Below, in pieces: positions 12,980 to 25,933 of a stretch of 64,000 bases of DNA. The stretch lies in the NCBI GenBank assembly GCA_964016885.1, contig OZ024762.1, positions 5,084,001 to 5,148,000 on the forward strand, in the 5' to 3' direction. The notes beneath the pieces are model-generated. The model did not search any database. It was not told the origin of the DNA and was given only the letters and a program-made list of their open reading frames with translations. The translations under genes and the position numbers were made by a program. How positions within the stretch are numbered: the stretch's first letter is position 1; every line of letters starts with the position of its first letter. The stretch is from Eledone cirrhosa. Taxonomy: Eukaryota.

Positions 12980-13270
12980 TCCTCCTCTTATCACCACCAC
13001 CACCATCATCTTCACTTCTATCATCCCCATCATCACCACCACCACCACCATCATCACCTCCATCACCACCATCATCATTATCACCTCCACCACTACCACC
13101 ACCACCACAGTCTTCCATCATCACAACAACCACCATCATCATCACCTCCACCACCACCACCACCACCACCTCCACCACCACCACCACCACCATCATCATC
13201 ATCACCACCGCCACCATCATCATCACTAACACCACCACCATCATCATCACTACTACCATCACCACCACCT
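12980..13270. repeat. (CAC/CAT)n microsatellite
   Basis: Direct inspection. Confidence 0.95.
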
Positions 13271-13363
13271 GGACTTATCTTATTTCATCAACCCAGTAAG
13301 TTGTCTGCTGCTCTACTGATTCTGCCAATTCACTGCCTTAATAATAATAATAATAATAATAAT

Positions 13364-13610
13364 ATCACATCTCAATCTTGTGGAACTTTAGCATCCAAAC
13401 AGACCGAAAAATAGATGCAAATAGACCTGATATAATACGGAAGGACTTTAAAAAGCGGGTATGCCTGCTAATTGATATGTCCGTTCCAATAGACAAGAAT
13501 GTAGCTATAAAAACATTTGAAAAATTGAGCAAGTATAAGGGCCTGGAGAGAAATTGAGAACTAAAACAATACCAGTGGTTGTAGGCACTCTAGGAATGAT
13601 ACTTAAGGGG
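13364..13610 (+). mobile_element. Restriction-like endonuclease fragment of an R4/Dong-like non-LTR element
   Basis: Manual translation LWNFSIQTDRK*DANRPDIIRKDFKKRVCLLIDMSVPIDKNVAIKTFEKLSKYK..TIPVVVGTLG (PD-(D/E)xK type); begins right after (TAA)n. Confidence 0.75.
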
Positions 13611-13769
13611 TCTTGGTTTGTGTGTGTTGGTTGTGTGTGTTGGTGTGTGTGTGTTGGTTGTGTGTGTTGGTGGGTGTGTGTTGGTTTGTGGGTTTGGCGT
13701 GTAAACAAATTTTAACAATGTTAAAAAAAAAGCTAACAATAAAATCAAAACAAAGAAGGTTCCTCAATA

Positions 13770-15120
13770 GAGGAGTCAGACAGGGTTTGGGACAAGGCAC
13801 GACGGTCAAGTGGTAGTAGATGACGGACGCGATGAATGTGTTCGCCACCTCTACTCTACCTTACAGGGACAGCTTTCTCTCAGCCCATTTCTGGGTGAGA
13901 TTGGCCACTCTGTTCATCACCTCATCCCAATTTCTATCTATCTGGATATCAGGGCCAAACCAGACCCCGAGAAATTTAACCAGCCCGTCCATCCAGCGCC
14001 TGACGACACTGTTAGACGGCATGGACCTGCCCCTCCATGTGCTGAGTTGTAGACCCACGGATTTTTCCTGGTTGAATTTTGCTTCTGTCAGTGCTTCGTA
14101 TTCCTTCAGAGCACTGCTGATCACCTCAATGTGTTTGGTGTTTGGCACTACGACTGTGACATCATTAACATAAGCTGACACAGAACTTCCATGTCCTAGT
14201 TCACGCGGGATGCCTCTCAATGTCTCTAATTTGTGTAGTAGTGGCTCGAGTGTCAATACATACAAGGACAAGAGGGGACAGCCCTGGTGGACTGAACGCA
14301 TCATGTTGAATGGTTCGGAGAGGTGACTATTCAATCTGACCACAGAGCAGATGTCACTATGCATAGCAGCTATCCATCCTCAAAAACCGGACCAAAGCCT
14401 GCTGCTTTGAGGACCGCTGCTAGGTACCGATGGTCGACCCTATCAAATGCTTTGGATTGATCCAAGTTGATCAGTGCCCCACCTGTGCCAGGTTCTTTAG
14501 TCACCCTCTCTATGATGTGTCACATTAGGTGGAGGTTATCATGGATGGATCTCTTGGGAATAGCACATGTCTGTGCCTCCCCTACCAGACCATCAACGAC
14601 AAGCGCCAATCTCGTTGCTAACACCTTGGCCAAAATTTTGAACTCTGCATTTAACAGAGTTATGGGCCTCAAATTGTTTATATTGTCCCCTTTGTTCAGG
14701 TCTTTTCTCAGCAGTGCCACCACTCCACGGCGCACAGTACTGGGGATTCTCCCTTTCTGCTGCCAGTTGCAGTAGACGACATAAAACAAGCCTGGCATAT
14801 AAACATAAAACTCATAGGGATAAACCATCTAATCCAGGCGATTTGCTCCTCGTGTAGTCAGCTAATGCAATCTGTATCTCAACAGCTGTTATTGGCTTTT
14901 CACAACACTCTGCCTCTGTCACCGACAACCGGAGCAGGCCATTGAGGTAGGTTGTGAAATCCATCTTGCAATCCGGCCCACCACTGCTCCAGAACAGTCG
15001 GGCAAAGTGTTTCCGAAAAGTCGCACACATCTGCTTGGGATCGAGTATCATGCGCCCATTGTAGTGTTCCAGAGAACGAATTGTGGTTGTGCTGCTCCGG
15101 TCAACCTTTATATTCCTCAA
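13770..15120 (-). pseudogene. Tx1/L1-clade LINE reverse transcriptase remnant
   Basis: KSPGLDG, RPITLLNAEFKILAKVLA, LDQSKAFDRVDH, HQGCPL, AYVND, KFLGVWF; several frameshifts. Confidence 0.9.
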
Positions 15121-15134
15121 AGAAGCACAAGGCC

Positions 15135-15328
15135 AATAATTTTGGGAGAGGGGAGAGAGTCAATTAAATCAACCCCAGTGCATTACTGGTACTTTATTTT
15201 ATCGTCCCCATAAGGATGAAAGGCAAAGCTAACCGCGGCAGGATTTGAACTCAGACCATAAAGGGCCGTAACTCTATCCTGCAAAGCATGGCGTCTGACA
15301 CTCTAGCGACACTGCCAATCCACCGCCA
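15135..15328 (-). mobile_element. SINE family 1
   Basis: Reverse complement of the 104-290 type. Confidence 0.8.
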
Positions 15329-15584
15329 ATAGTAAAAATATTAATAATTCCCGCCAAAAATACTAACGCTGCCACTGTGAATGGAATATGAAAGTTCAGT
15401 GTGGTCTTTATTGTAGAGTAAATATGTTTGGTCAGACAAGGACGGCTGACTTTTGGCATTGAACCATTTTGACCACTGCTGGAATTAACTTGTCCACTCT
15501 TTTGGTAGTCCTGGCATTCTTTCATATCTTTAATGATTGCTAATTCTATAACTAACTCTATTGCTTGCCAATATACCAGTGTGA

Positions 15585-15637
<53 letters not shown>

Positions 15638-15640
<3 letters not shown>

Positions 15641-15795
15641 TCATCATTTCATTTCATTTTACGTCCACTTTTCCCTGCTTGCAAGGGTGGGACGGGAACT
15701 GATTCTGGCTTGATTTCTACAGCTGGATGCCCTTCCTAACACCAACCTCATTTACAGTGAGTGCTGGGTGCTTTTTTACCGTGGCACCTCCACTC
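15638..15795 (-). mobile_element. SINE family 2 3' half
   Basis: Matches the reverse complement of ~960-1105. Confidence 0.8.
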
Positions 15796-16084
15796 ATAAT
15801 TTTAATACACAAATATCTTTGCCTGCTTGATATGCTTGTAAACTTGTGTTATTTTATGTGATACCTTTGCCATACAGTAATGATATATGCCTAGTACCAT
15901 TGTTTCCTGCCTAGCTGTCCTGTATATGCCTAACACATTTGCCTCTCTATACGTTTGCATATGTACTGCGAAATACTAATACCACTCTGTAAATACAAAA
16001 ATGTTGTTGACAAAATTAATATCCACGTATCTATATGATTGTTCAGTTGAATAGGAAGTTAATTCTATGTCCAAACTTTGCTAG

Positions 16085-16131
16085 TGCTCAGATGATTCCA
16101 AACGAAAGTTTGGAAGAAACGATTGTCAGCA
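16085..16131 (+). ncRNA. Hammerhead motif with a core substitution (CAGATGA)
   Basis: TGCT/AGCA stem I, TTCCAAAC-GAAA-GTTTGGAA stem II, GAAAC-GATT-GTC. Confidence 0.65.
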
Positions 16132-16721
16132 ATAAATATACACATATATTCAAGTATTCATAACGTGTTTTACTTTTTAAATGTGACAGATTCTGGAATA
16201 CACATAATGTGTTTGTGTGGGAGTGTATGAGTGTGTATAACAGTATATATATGTGTATGTGTGTATATCAATATATATGTGTGTCTGTGTATATATTAAT
16301 ATATGTATGTGTGTATCAGTATCTGTGTATGTGTGAGTGTATCAGAATATATGTATCTGTGTGTATCAGTGTGTGTGTGTGTGTATATATATATATATCA
16401 GTATGCGTGTGTGTGTGTATCAGTATATATGTGTGTGTGTGTATATATATATATCAGTATATTTGTGTATGTGTATCAGTATATTTGTGTGTGTGTGTAT
16501 ATATATAACAGTATATGTGAATATATATATATATATATATATATATCAGTATGTATGTGTGTGTATATATCAGTATATATGTGTATGTGTGTGTATATAA
16601 ATATCTCTATATATATATCTATCTCTCTCTCTCCCCCTCTCTCTCTCTATATATATATATGTGTGTGTGTGTATGTGTGTATACATCAGTATATATGTGT
16701 ATGTGTGTGTATATAAATAAA

Positions 16722-16774
<53 letters not shown>

Positions 16775-16775
<1 letters not shown>

Positions 16776-17126
16776 ACAAAGGAATTGTGGTAAGGAACCA
16801 AATGGACCATAACGCACCAGAGTACTCAATACTTAGGGTAGTAGAGTGGGAAATAGGAAAAAGTATGACCCCGACGGCAGAGTTCAAGCCGTTTCGACAG
16901 TTATTTCTGGACTCAAATAGTCTATTTGGCGGCTATAAATAGTCCAGAAATAGCCGTCAAAACCACTTGAGCTCTGCCGTCGGGGTCATACTTTTTCCTA
17001 TATATATAGGAACGAGAAGGACCCCGACGGAGGTCCTACTCGTTCCTATTACCCACTCTACTACCCTAAGTATTGAGTACTTTGGTGCGTTATGGTCCAT
17101 CTGGTTCCTTACCACATTTCCTTCAT

Positions 17127-17128
<2 letters not shown>
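16775..17128. repeat. Nested imperfect inverted repeat of a (TA)n-embedded dispersed element
   Basis: Outer arms ~16775-16858 and ~17044-17128; inner arms ~16853-16913 and ~16941-17001; related copies at 2760-2870 and 36864-37003. Confidence 0.8.
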
Positions 17129-17157
<29 letters not shown>

Positions 17158-17406
17158 ATCAATATATATGTGTGTGTGTGTGTGTGTATCAGTATATATG
17201 TGTGTGTGTGTGTGTGTATCAGTGTATATGTGTGTATATGTGTATATATCAGTATATATATGTATCAGTATGTGTCAATATTATTTATCTATTAAATTAC
17301 AGCTGTACTGTGAGAGGAGGGGGAGAGATTTCTTCAGTGAACCAATGATTTAATGATGACTAAATAGAAGAAGAGAAAGACACGCTTGGTTGAACATGGT
17401 GCTTAC

Positions 17407-17447
<41 letters not shown>

Positions 17448-17487
17448 TAGACTATACTGGTTGAACATGGTGATTACTGTGTGTATA

Positions 17488-17540
<53 letters not shown>

Positions 17541-17694
17541 TAGACTATACTGGTTGAAGATGGTGGTTGCTGTATATATATTATATATATATATTATATA
17601 TATATACTAGACTGTGGTGGCGGTGGTTGAACATGAAAGTTACTGTATATATACAGGGTATACAATATAGAGAAACGTACAATATAGAGGAACA

Positions 17695-19015
17695 TGGGAA
17701 TTCCTGAAAGTTAACCTGTTGAAGGCGACAGATGAAATCTGTGGCTGGAGCAGACCTAAAGGCAGGAGGAGAGTAACATGGTGGTGGAACAGTAAGGTGG
17801 AAGAGTCAATCAAGGCCAAAAAGCAAGCTTGGAAAGTATGGCGAGATGGGGGAAGTAGAGAAGACTATCAAGTGGCCAGGAGGGAAGCTAGGAGACAAGT
17901 GTACTTTGCAAGAAGGGAAGCAGAGGAAAGAAAGTTCAAGCATGTTCTACAACGCGAGGACCAAAAACGTGAGGTGTTCAGGATTTCTAGGCAATGTGTC
18001 AAAGAAAACCGTGATATTGTCGGGGAGAAGTGTGACCGTAATGATGATGGTGTACTTGCCATCACTGATGCTAAGAAGGTAGCTTGGAAGTGTCACTACG
18101 AGAGGCTACTAAATGAGGAGAATAAATAGGACAAAGATAGTCTGCCCCACATCGATCCAATAGAGGGAGCAGCAGTGCAAGTTGAAGGTAGTATAATAAG
18201 TAAGGCAATCAAAGATATGAAGACAGGCAAGGCAGCTGGGCCTTCGGAGATAGTTGCTGAAATGCTGAAAGTATCTGGAACGGTGGGACACACTATGGTC
18301 ACCCGGATAGTAAACCAAGTCATACAGAACGGGGTTATACCAAATGACTGGCATAGCAGCATCATCATTAACTGTTACAAGAGTAAAGGAGATGCCCTAG
18401 ATCGGGGAAACTATAGAGGCATTAAATTAATTGATCAGGTCATGAAACTCACAGAAAAAGTTATAGCACAACTAATCAGAGAGCAAATTGATCTAGACGA
18501 AATGCAGCTTGGGTTTGTGTCAGGTAAAAGTACCACAGACACCCTTTTCCTTGTACGACAACTACAGGAGAAGTACCTAGCTAAAAGTAACCCCTATACT
18601 TAGCTTTTGTTGACTTGGAGAAAGCATTTGACAGAGCCCTCCGTGCCATTATCTGGTGGGCTCTTAGAAAACTAGGGGTTGATGAATGTCTTGTGAGAGC
18701 TATACAAGCCATGTATAAAGAAACAGTCAGCAAGGTTAGAATTAACAACGAATATAGTGAAGAATTTAGCGTAAAGGTTGGTATTCATCAGGGCTCTATC
18801 CTTAGCCCCTTCCTATTTATTATTGCCCTTCAGGTTATAACAGAGGAGTCCAAGACCGGCTGCCCATGGGAACTTCTATATGCAGATGATCTAACGCTCA
18901 TAGTTGAATCGATGGCTGAACTAGAGAAGAAATTCCAAACATGGAAGCATGGCCTAGAATCAAAAGGCCTTAAAATTAACCTGTCTAAGACTAAAGTTCT
19001 AGTATGTAGGAAAGA
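17695..19015 (+). pseudogene. RTE-clade LINE reverse transcriptase remnant
   Basis: TWWWN, GKAAGPS, NYRGIKL, QLGFV, DLEKAFDR, GIHQGSILSP, LLYADD, GLKINLSKTK; stop and frameshift. Confidence 0.92.
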
Positions 19016-19038
19016 CGCCAGAGATATATCTATATATA

Positions 19039-19387
19039 CAGTCTACCCCTGGCATTCACAGTCCCATTTATTCACAGAATTTTCCTTAGAACCTAACTAA
19101 TAATTGTTCGTGGAAACCACCTCAAATTCCTGGAATCGTAAATATTTTACACGATTTTTTTATTGCTTTTTTTGTTGCAATATATATTTTTTAACGCTAA
19201 ATTATTAATAACAATAAACTGTATTTCCTGACCTATTGGACGCCTCTTCGTATAAGACGCCCCTTCATATAAGACTCTTCTTTTAATTATATTTCACATT
19301 TTTATGGACCACATCCAATATTCGTGGTTTTTCACTCTTCGCGAGTGCTGTAGGTACGTAAGCCCCACAAATACCGGGGGACAACTG
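19039..19387. mobile_element. Putative Tigger/pogo-type MITE (degenerate)
   Basis: TA|CAGTCTACCCCTGGCATT ... AATACCGGGGGACAACTG|TA imperfect TIRs. Confidence 0.45.
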
Positions 19388-19520
19388 TATATAAATATGT
19401 GTGTGTGTGTGATCACCTTGACTGACCAGTCTGTCGGGTGCCAATCGGCGCCGCTGGTCACAGCACATCGTGCTGTTTTAGCCATAAGAAATCGCCATCC
19501 CACTGGCTGGGCGGGCAGGC

Positions 19521-19575
<55 letters not shown>

Positions 19576-19653
19576 TACATACACCAACCTCTCACATACA
19601 TATAAATATATATACATAAGTATATATATAAAAATATATACAATATATATATA

Positions 19654-19688
<35 letters not shown>

Positions 19689-19954
19689 GATGATGATGAT
19701 ATATATATATATAAATATTAAAGAAAGACTTGATCATAATCAATGGGTTTGATCTATTATTAAACCCAGACAAGGAATCTAAAAATAGGGAATAGTTTTG
19801 ATTTTTTGGCCAAGTAATTCATGTAACAGAACCATTGCCTGCCTGTCAGTGTCTTCCGTCTATCTTTCTAGCTAGCTGTCAATCTATCTGTCCAACTGTC
19901 TATTTACCTGTCTACCTGTCTGTCAGCTGTATGTCTACCTGTATATCTATATTT

Positions 19955-20455
19955 GTGTCTGTACATCTGTCTGTCTATCTATCTGTACATCTGTCTATCT
20001 GTACACCAGTCTATCTGTACATCTGTCTATCTATACATCTGTCTATCTGTACATCTGTCTATCTGTACATCAGTCTATCTGTACATCTGTCTATCTGTAC
20101 ATCTATCTATCTGTACATCTGTCTATCTGTACATCAGTCTATCTGTACATCTATACATCTGTACATCTGTCTATCTGTACATCAGTCTATCTGTACATCT
20201 GTCTATCTGTACATCTATCTATCTGTACATCTGTCTATCTGTACATCTGTCTATCTGTACATCTATACATCTGTACATCTGTCTATCTGTACACCAGTCT
20301 ATCTATACATCTGTCTATCTGTACATCTATACATCTGTACATCTATACATCTATACATCTGTACATCTGTCTATCTGTACATCTATACATCTGTACATCT
20401 ATACATCTGTACATCTGTCTATCTGTACATCTATCTATCTGTACATCTGTCTATT
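19955..20455. repeat. Complex (TCTATCTGTACA)-type minisatellite
   Basis: Direct inspection. Confidence 0.9.
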
Positions 20456-20865
20456 TTGCCATGTCACCAGTACGACCACCATGCAAGGTGCATTGGGTGC
20501 TATTTTGTCATGCCACCAGCGTGAGCACTTCCTATGGTAGACTGGGAGCTTTTAACCATTTCAGCAGCATTTGCAGGGGAGAAATCCCACTTTCCATGCT
20601 TGTGCATGGGTTGGATAAGAGTGGTGTGGCAGATATATAAGGAGAGGCTTGGGGGAAGGGTGTGGCATGTGTATGTAGGGTGGGGATTGGAGAGGTAGGT
20701 CTAAGGTGGGGTACTTAACTGGTGAAAGGTGGAGAAGAAGTGGTGCCAACTACAGACCTTGCACACACACACACACACACACACATGTAGTCACATATAT
20801 ACATACACATACACACACACATGTAGTCACATATATACATACACATACACACACACATGTAATCA

Positions 20866-21072
20866 CATCATCATCATCATCATCGTTTAACGTCCATCTC
20901 CCACGCTAGCATGGGTTTGGACGGGAATTTTCCCACTTTAGGCAAGATTGGTTGTCTTGCTCGTATAGGACTGTCTGGCGGGTTTTCTACGGCTGGATGC
21001 CCTTCCTAACACCAACCACGTTTACAGTGTGGACTGGGAGGTTTTTACCGTGTTACCTACACGGCCACATTT
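20866..21072 (-). mobile_element. SINE family 2-related 3' half
   Basis: Same as the 10280-10490 unit. Confidence 0.8.
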
Positions 21073-21497
21073 GTATACATATATACACATACACACAAAC
21101 TCATATAAATGTGTGTATCTTCATCTTCTTTATCATCAACATCACCACCACCATCATCATTGTCCCCACCATCATCATCACCACCAGGAACACCACCACC
21201 ACCAGCATCACCAGGAACACCATCAGTATCACCACCACCATCATTATCACCACTACCACTACCACTACCATCACCACCACTACCACCACCACCACCACCA
21301 CCACCACCATCATTACACCCACGTTTCCATGATGTCATGCATTGTAAAGCTTTTGGAGTTGTGTTTATGGATGAATGCCCTCCCTTCTGTTGCCAACGCT
21401 TTTAATTATGTATATGTGTATATATAAATATATATATATTATTAAAAGGGTTGGCAACAGAAGGAAGGGCATCCATCCATAAACACAGCTCCTCATT

Positions 21498-21528
<31 letters not shown>

Positions 21529-21601
21529 CGAGAGAGAGATATACATATATATATGTAGATAAGTCTATATTTTTCTTAGTGCAATACTTGCTTATATTAT
21601 A

Positions 21602-22372
21602 TACTAACAGATGTACCCGGCGTTGCCCGGGAAGTGAATGACAGCCGGCAAAGAAACATCAACTCATTCTGCCATCCCTGTGTAAAGTAAAGGAAAAAGA
21701 AATTTCAAGGAAGTTTTTAAAATTTATTTTGGAAAAGTTTTTTTTTAGATATTTTCAATTTTTTAAAACCTTTGGCATTTAACCCTTTAACATTTAAACC
21801 GGCCATATCTGGCCAGAGTTCTCTCGCCCATTTTTGTTCAAACCGGCCGTAACTAGCTGCTCATATTTATGTTAAGGTATTATTCTCAAAATAAGCAATA
21901 TAATATCAAAATCTCGTAGATTCAATATTATGTAAGATAACTATGTAAAATAAAGCCTTTACCACAAAAATGCAATAGTAAATATAGAGTAATGTAAATG
22001 CTAAAGGGTTAAACCAGCCATATCCAGCCAGAATTCTTTCACCTCTTTCTGTTCAAACCGGCTGTAACTGGCCACTCATACTGACGTTGAGGTATTGTTC
22101 CCAAAATAAATAACATCAAAATCTGATAGATTTGATATTATGTGAGATAATTATGTAAGATAAAGCCTTTACCACAAAAATATAATAGTATATATAGAGT
22201 AATGTAAATGCTAAAGGGTTAAAGGTTTTTATACCGTCCGAAGACCTCAGGCTATCAGAATTGGTAGGATGAACGCTGTCTAGCCATAGTCCTCAGTGAA
22301 ATATGTATCATGGAGATATAAATAAACCTAATAAAACTTCATATGGCCTCCCATCTTTTTAATAATATATAA
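21602..22372 (+). mobile_element. Possible Helentron/HINE-like non-autonomous element
   Basis: Starts TACTAACAGATGTACCCGGCGTTGCCCGGG (short CCCGG/CCGGG hairpin resembling DINE-1/HINE ends); right boundary uncertain. Confidence 0.35.
21767..22218. mobile_element. Two nested piggyBac-type MITEs (family A)
   Basis: Inner copy 21783-22008 flanked by TTAA, inserted at the internal TTAA of an outer copy ending GGG|TTAA at 22216-22222. Confidence 0.8.
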
Positions 22373-22489
22373 TTCTCTGGCTTGTACCATCTATACAGGT
22401 TGTTGAACACTTTATTTTATCTGCATCACGGTTGACTGACTAAATTGTGGTTTGCGCATCTCTGGTTATATATATATATACATATATAT

Positions 22490-23295
22490 ATCATCATCAT
22501 CATCGTTTAACGTTCATCTTCCACGCTAGCATTGGTTAGACGGGATTGTACAACTTGAGGCAAGATTGGTCAGGTGACCGTGTCTCGCTCATATAGCACT
22601 GTATCTGGCAGGTTTTCTACGGCTGGATGCCCTTCCTAACACCAACCACACAATGTCGATTGAAAGCCTTTTTACCGTGTTTCCTACATGACCACTTTAC
22701 AGTGTGGACTGGGTGCTTTTTGTCATGACACCTACACGACCACTTTACAGTGCGGACTGGGTGCTTTTTGTCATGACACCTACATGACCACTTTACAGTG
22801 CGGACTGGGTGCTTTTTGTCATGACACCTACATGACCACTTTACACTGTGGACTGGGTGCTTTTTGTCATGACACCTACATGACCACTTTACACTGTGGA
22901 CTGGGTGCTTTTTGTCATGACACCTACACGACCACTTTACACTGTGGACTGGGTGCTTTTTGTCATGACACCTACACGACCACTTTACACTGTGGACTGG
23001 GTGCTTTTTGTCATGACACCTATACGACCACTTTACACTGTGGACTGGGTGCTTTTTGTCATGACACCTACACGACCACTTTACACTGTGGACTGGGTGC
23101 TTTTTGTCATGACACCTACACGACCACTTTACACTGTGGACTGGATGCTTTTTGTCATGACACCTACACGACCACTTTACACTGTGGACTGGGTGCTTTT
23201 TGTCATGACACCTACACGACCACTTTACACTGTGGACTGGGTGCTTTTTGTCATGACACCTACACGACCACTTTACAGTGCGGACTGGATGTTCT
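22490..23295 (-). repeat. SINE 3' half whose internal 48-bp segment is tandemly amplified (~12.5 copies, 22688-23290)
   Basis: Unit GACCACTTTACACTGTGGACTGGGTGCTTTTTGTCATGACACCTACAC, contiguous with the SINE body. Confidence 0.9.
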
Positions 23296-23517
23296 GTGGT
23301 ACCAACATAACTTTACAGAGAAAGGGTGGTGTGGGTGGAAGTGAGAGGATGGAGTAGGGGTAGTGGGGTGGGGTGTATATTTGGTTAAGAGGGGCCTACT
23401 GACTGTAGGTTTAAGTTCGTACGTAAGGAAAGGCAGGTCTTCTGTATTACTGCGTAGCGCCAAAGGTGACATTGTCTTAGAGAGGTGTAAGTGTGCAAGG
23501 TCAGATTTTATCATGTC

Positions 23518-23824
23518 ATATATATATATTTATTATATATATATATATATTTATTATATATATATATTTATTATATATATATATATATATTTATTATATA
23601 TATATATATATTTATTATATATATATATGTATTTATTATATATATATATGTATTTATTATATATATATTTATTATATATATATTTATTATATATATATAT
23701 TTATTATATATATATGTATTTATTATATATATATGTATTTATTATATATATATATTTATTATATATATATATATTTATTATATATATATTTATTATATAT
23801 ATGTATTTATTATATATATATATT

Positions 23825-23862
<38 letters not shown>
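23518..23862. repeat. (TA)n/TTTATTA AT-rich repeat
   Basis: Direct inspection. Confidence 0.95.
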
Positions 23863-23863
<1 letters not shown>

Positions 23864-24889
23864 AAGCAAGTGTTTTAAACCCCACTATCAGGTTAATTTT
23901 ATTTTGTCAGAATATGGCGAAAGCTTCTATTTCTATCCCAATATACAACATATATTGGGATAGCTTGGTATCGCAATGATTAAAAAGAATCCTGTAAAAT
24001 TGAGGTTATATTTCATAGAAACAGATTGTTTGGGTGATAGGTTGGAGTCAAAATGGTTAATATATCATTTGACAACAGATCAGTAACTTCCAGTTGAAGA
24101 TCAAAATATGTTAGAAGATTTTACTTTAAATAGGAACCCTGTAAAATGGATGATTTTATTTCACAGAAACACAGTGGTGGGTTTGGGGATAGGTTGCTAT
24201 CAAAAGATTTAATATATCATTTGACCACAAATCAGTAACTTCCAGTTGAAAATCAAATAAAAGTTCCTCTTTATAGCAGTCAAATAGATTTTGAAAGGGT
24301 TTTTAAAGCTTCTACATTTTCATTGAGATCTGAAAAAGAATTGAGTGGAATGAGAATGTTAATGAAATGATAAAGTCATTTCTTGGACTTATTCTTCATA
24401 GCAGATAATGTTGTAGAGGTTATTTATCATTAACAGGGAGGAGGAAAAAAAAAGATTAATATATTTCAAGAATCTACTACTGTTGAATATATGTTGTATG
24501 TAAGTAATCCTGGATTTACCTATAAGCTGAATAAGCTGTAACTTAGGGTCACAGATGCTCGGGGGCCCCTAATTTTAAAAAATCATTATCCCTTTGTAAA
24601 CCTCTTTTACACTGAAGTTACCATTTACCAGCCACTCTCCAAGATGGCCGACTCAATACACACGTGTTTTTTTTCTCATTTTCGCCATTTCTTCCTCTCA
24701 TCATTCTTTACTTTCTATTCATATTCTATTTCTAACTCTATCTTCTGATGAAGGACTAGTGCCTGAAACATTAAGTCTTTCTTCCTGCTATTTCAAGTGT
24801 TAAACTAATATATTTCTTCCATGTACTGTGCCATTTGTTTTCTTATTTTCGTTATTTCTGTTTACCTTTTACACACATACACACACACA

Positions 24890-25136
24890 CATCATCATCA
24901 TCATTTTACGTCCGTTTTTCCCTGCTTGCAAGGGTGGGACGGGTCCTATTCAGTCCAGCATCTCTCCACTTGTCACGGTCCTTCCTCATCTCCCCGGTGA
25001 GTTTCAGCGATCTGAGGTCTGCTCGCACCACCTCCGCCCATGTTTTACGTGGTCTTCCTCTACTGCATCTTCCTTCTACTGGGATTTCTTGGCACTTCTT
25101 TACCCAGCGGTCATCCTCCATGCGCATCACATGTCC
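24890..25136 (-). mobile_element. RTE LINE 3' end
   Basis: HVMRMEDDRWVKKC..GRCSRGRPRKTW..DRDKWR followed by a GGACGTAAAA(TGA)n tail shared with SINE family 2. Confidence 0.85.
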
Positions 25137-25271
25137 TACAACAGTGAAATATACAGATACTTAAGTTTCATTGGGTTATACGCCCCAACTCATTTACTTC
25201 ATTCATAAATCTTCCTCTCAGTATGTGACAACTTTTCTCTTCCAGTTAGTACCTCCATTTCTCCTCTACAC

Positions 25272-25588
25272 CAGGGGTTCTCAACCTTTTTTTCGCTGTG
25301 GACCACCAAAATAAGTAATTTTTTCCTGTGGACCACCTAAACTTTTAAATCTTTTGTAATAAAACTGCTACTTATAAGCATCAGTAGATGTTTTTTTTTT
25401 CAATGAATTAGAAAATGCTATTATCATGTCGCAGTGCCTAAAAATCTACGCAAATAAACAGCTGAAGTCGTACTTATGCGAAGAATAAGAACAGCGCTTT
25501 AAGTCATGCATGGATCAAAAAGGAATTTGCTATTGAAAATTTTCTGTGGACCACTAGTGGTCCACATGGACCAGATTCAGAACCCCTG
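25272..25588. mobile_element. hAT (Charlie-like) MITE
   Basis: TIR CAGGGGTTCT/AGAACCCCTG; 8-bp TSD CTCTACAC at 25264-25271 and 25589-25596. Confidence 0.9.
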
Positions 25589-25796
25589 CTCTACACTACA
25601 ACTCCAACTTTTTCATAACATGCTACTTCCGTTATTTATCCTCTCCTCCTCGGCCATAAAAAAATCTTTTTTGTTCTTCTCTCCTACCGTAAAATTAACA
25701 TTTATATCATGCCATGATTGTATTTCTTCTTCCATTTTATCCCCCCCCCCATCCACTTGCCACCATAGTCACCTTGACCAATCAAAACATAGCAGC

Positions 25797-25899
25797 ACAA
25801 CTACTACTACTACTATTATTACTACTACTACTACTACTACAACAACTACTACTACCACTACCACCACAACTACTGTTACTACTACTAATACTTCTACTT

Positions 25900-25933
<34 letters not shown>

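Noticed and set aside
22688-23344. 218-aa Cys/His repeat ORF resembling a zinc-finger array
   Set aside because: 48-bp SINE-derived tandem repeat open in more than one frame; spacing does not fit C2H2
23985-24260. Diverged ~147-bp tandem duplication
   Set aside because: No ORF, TIR or structure; an ordinary local duplication
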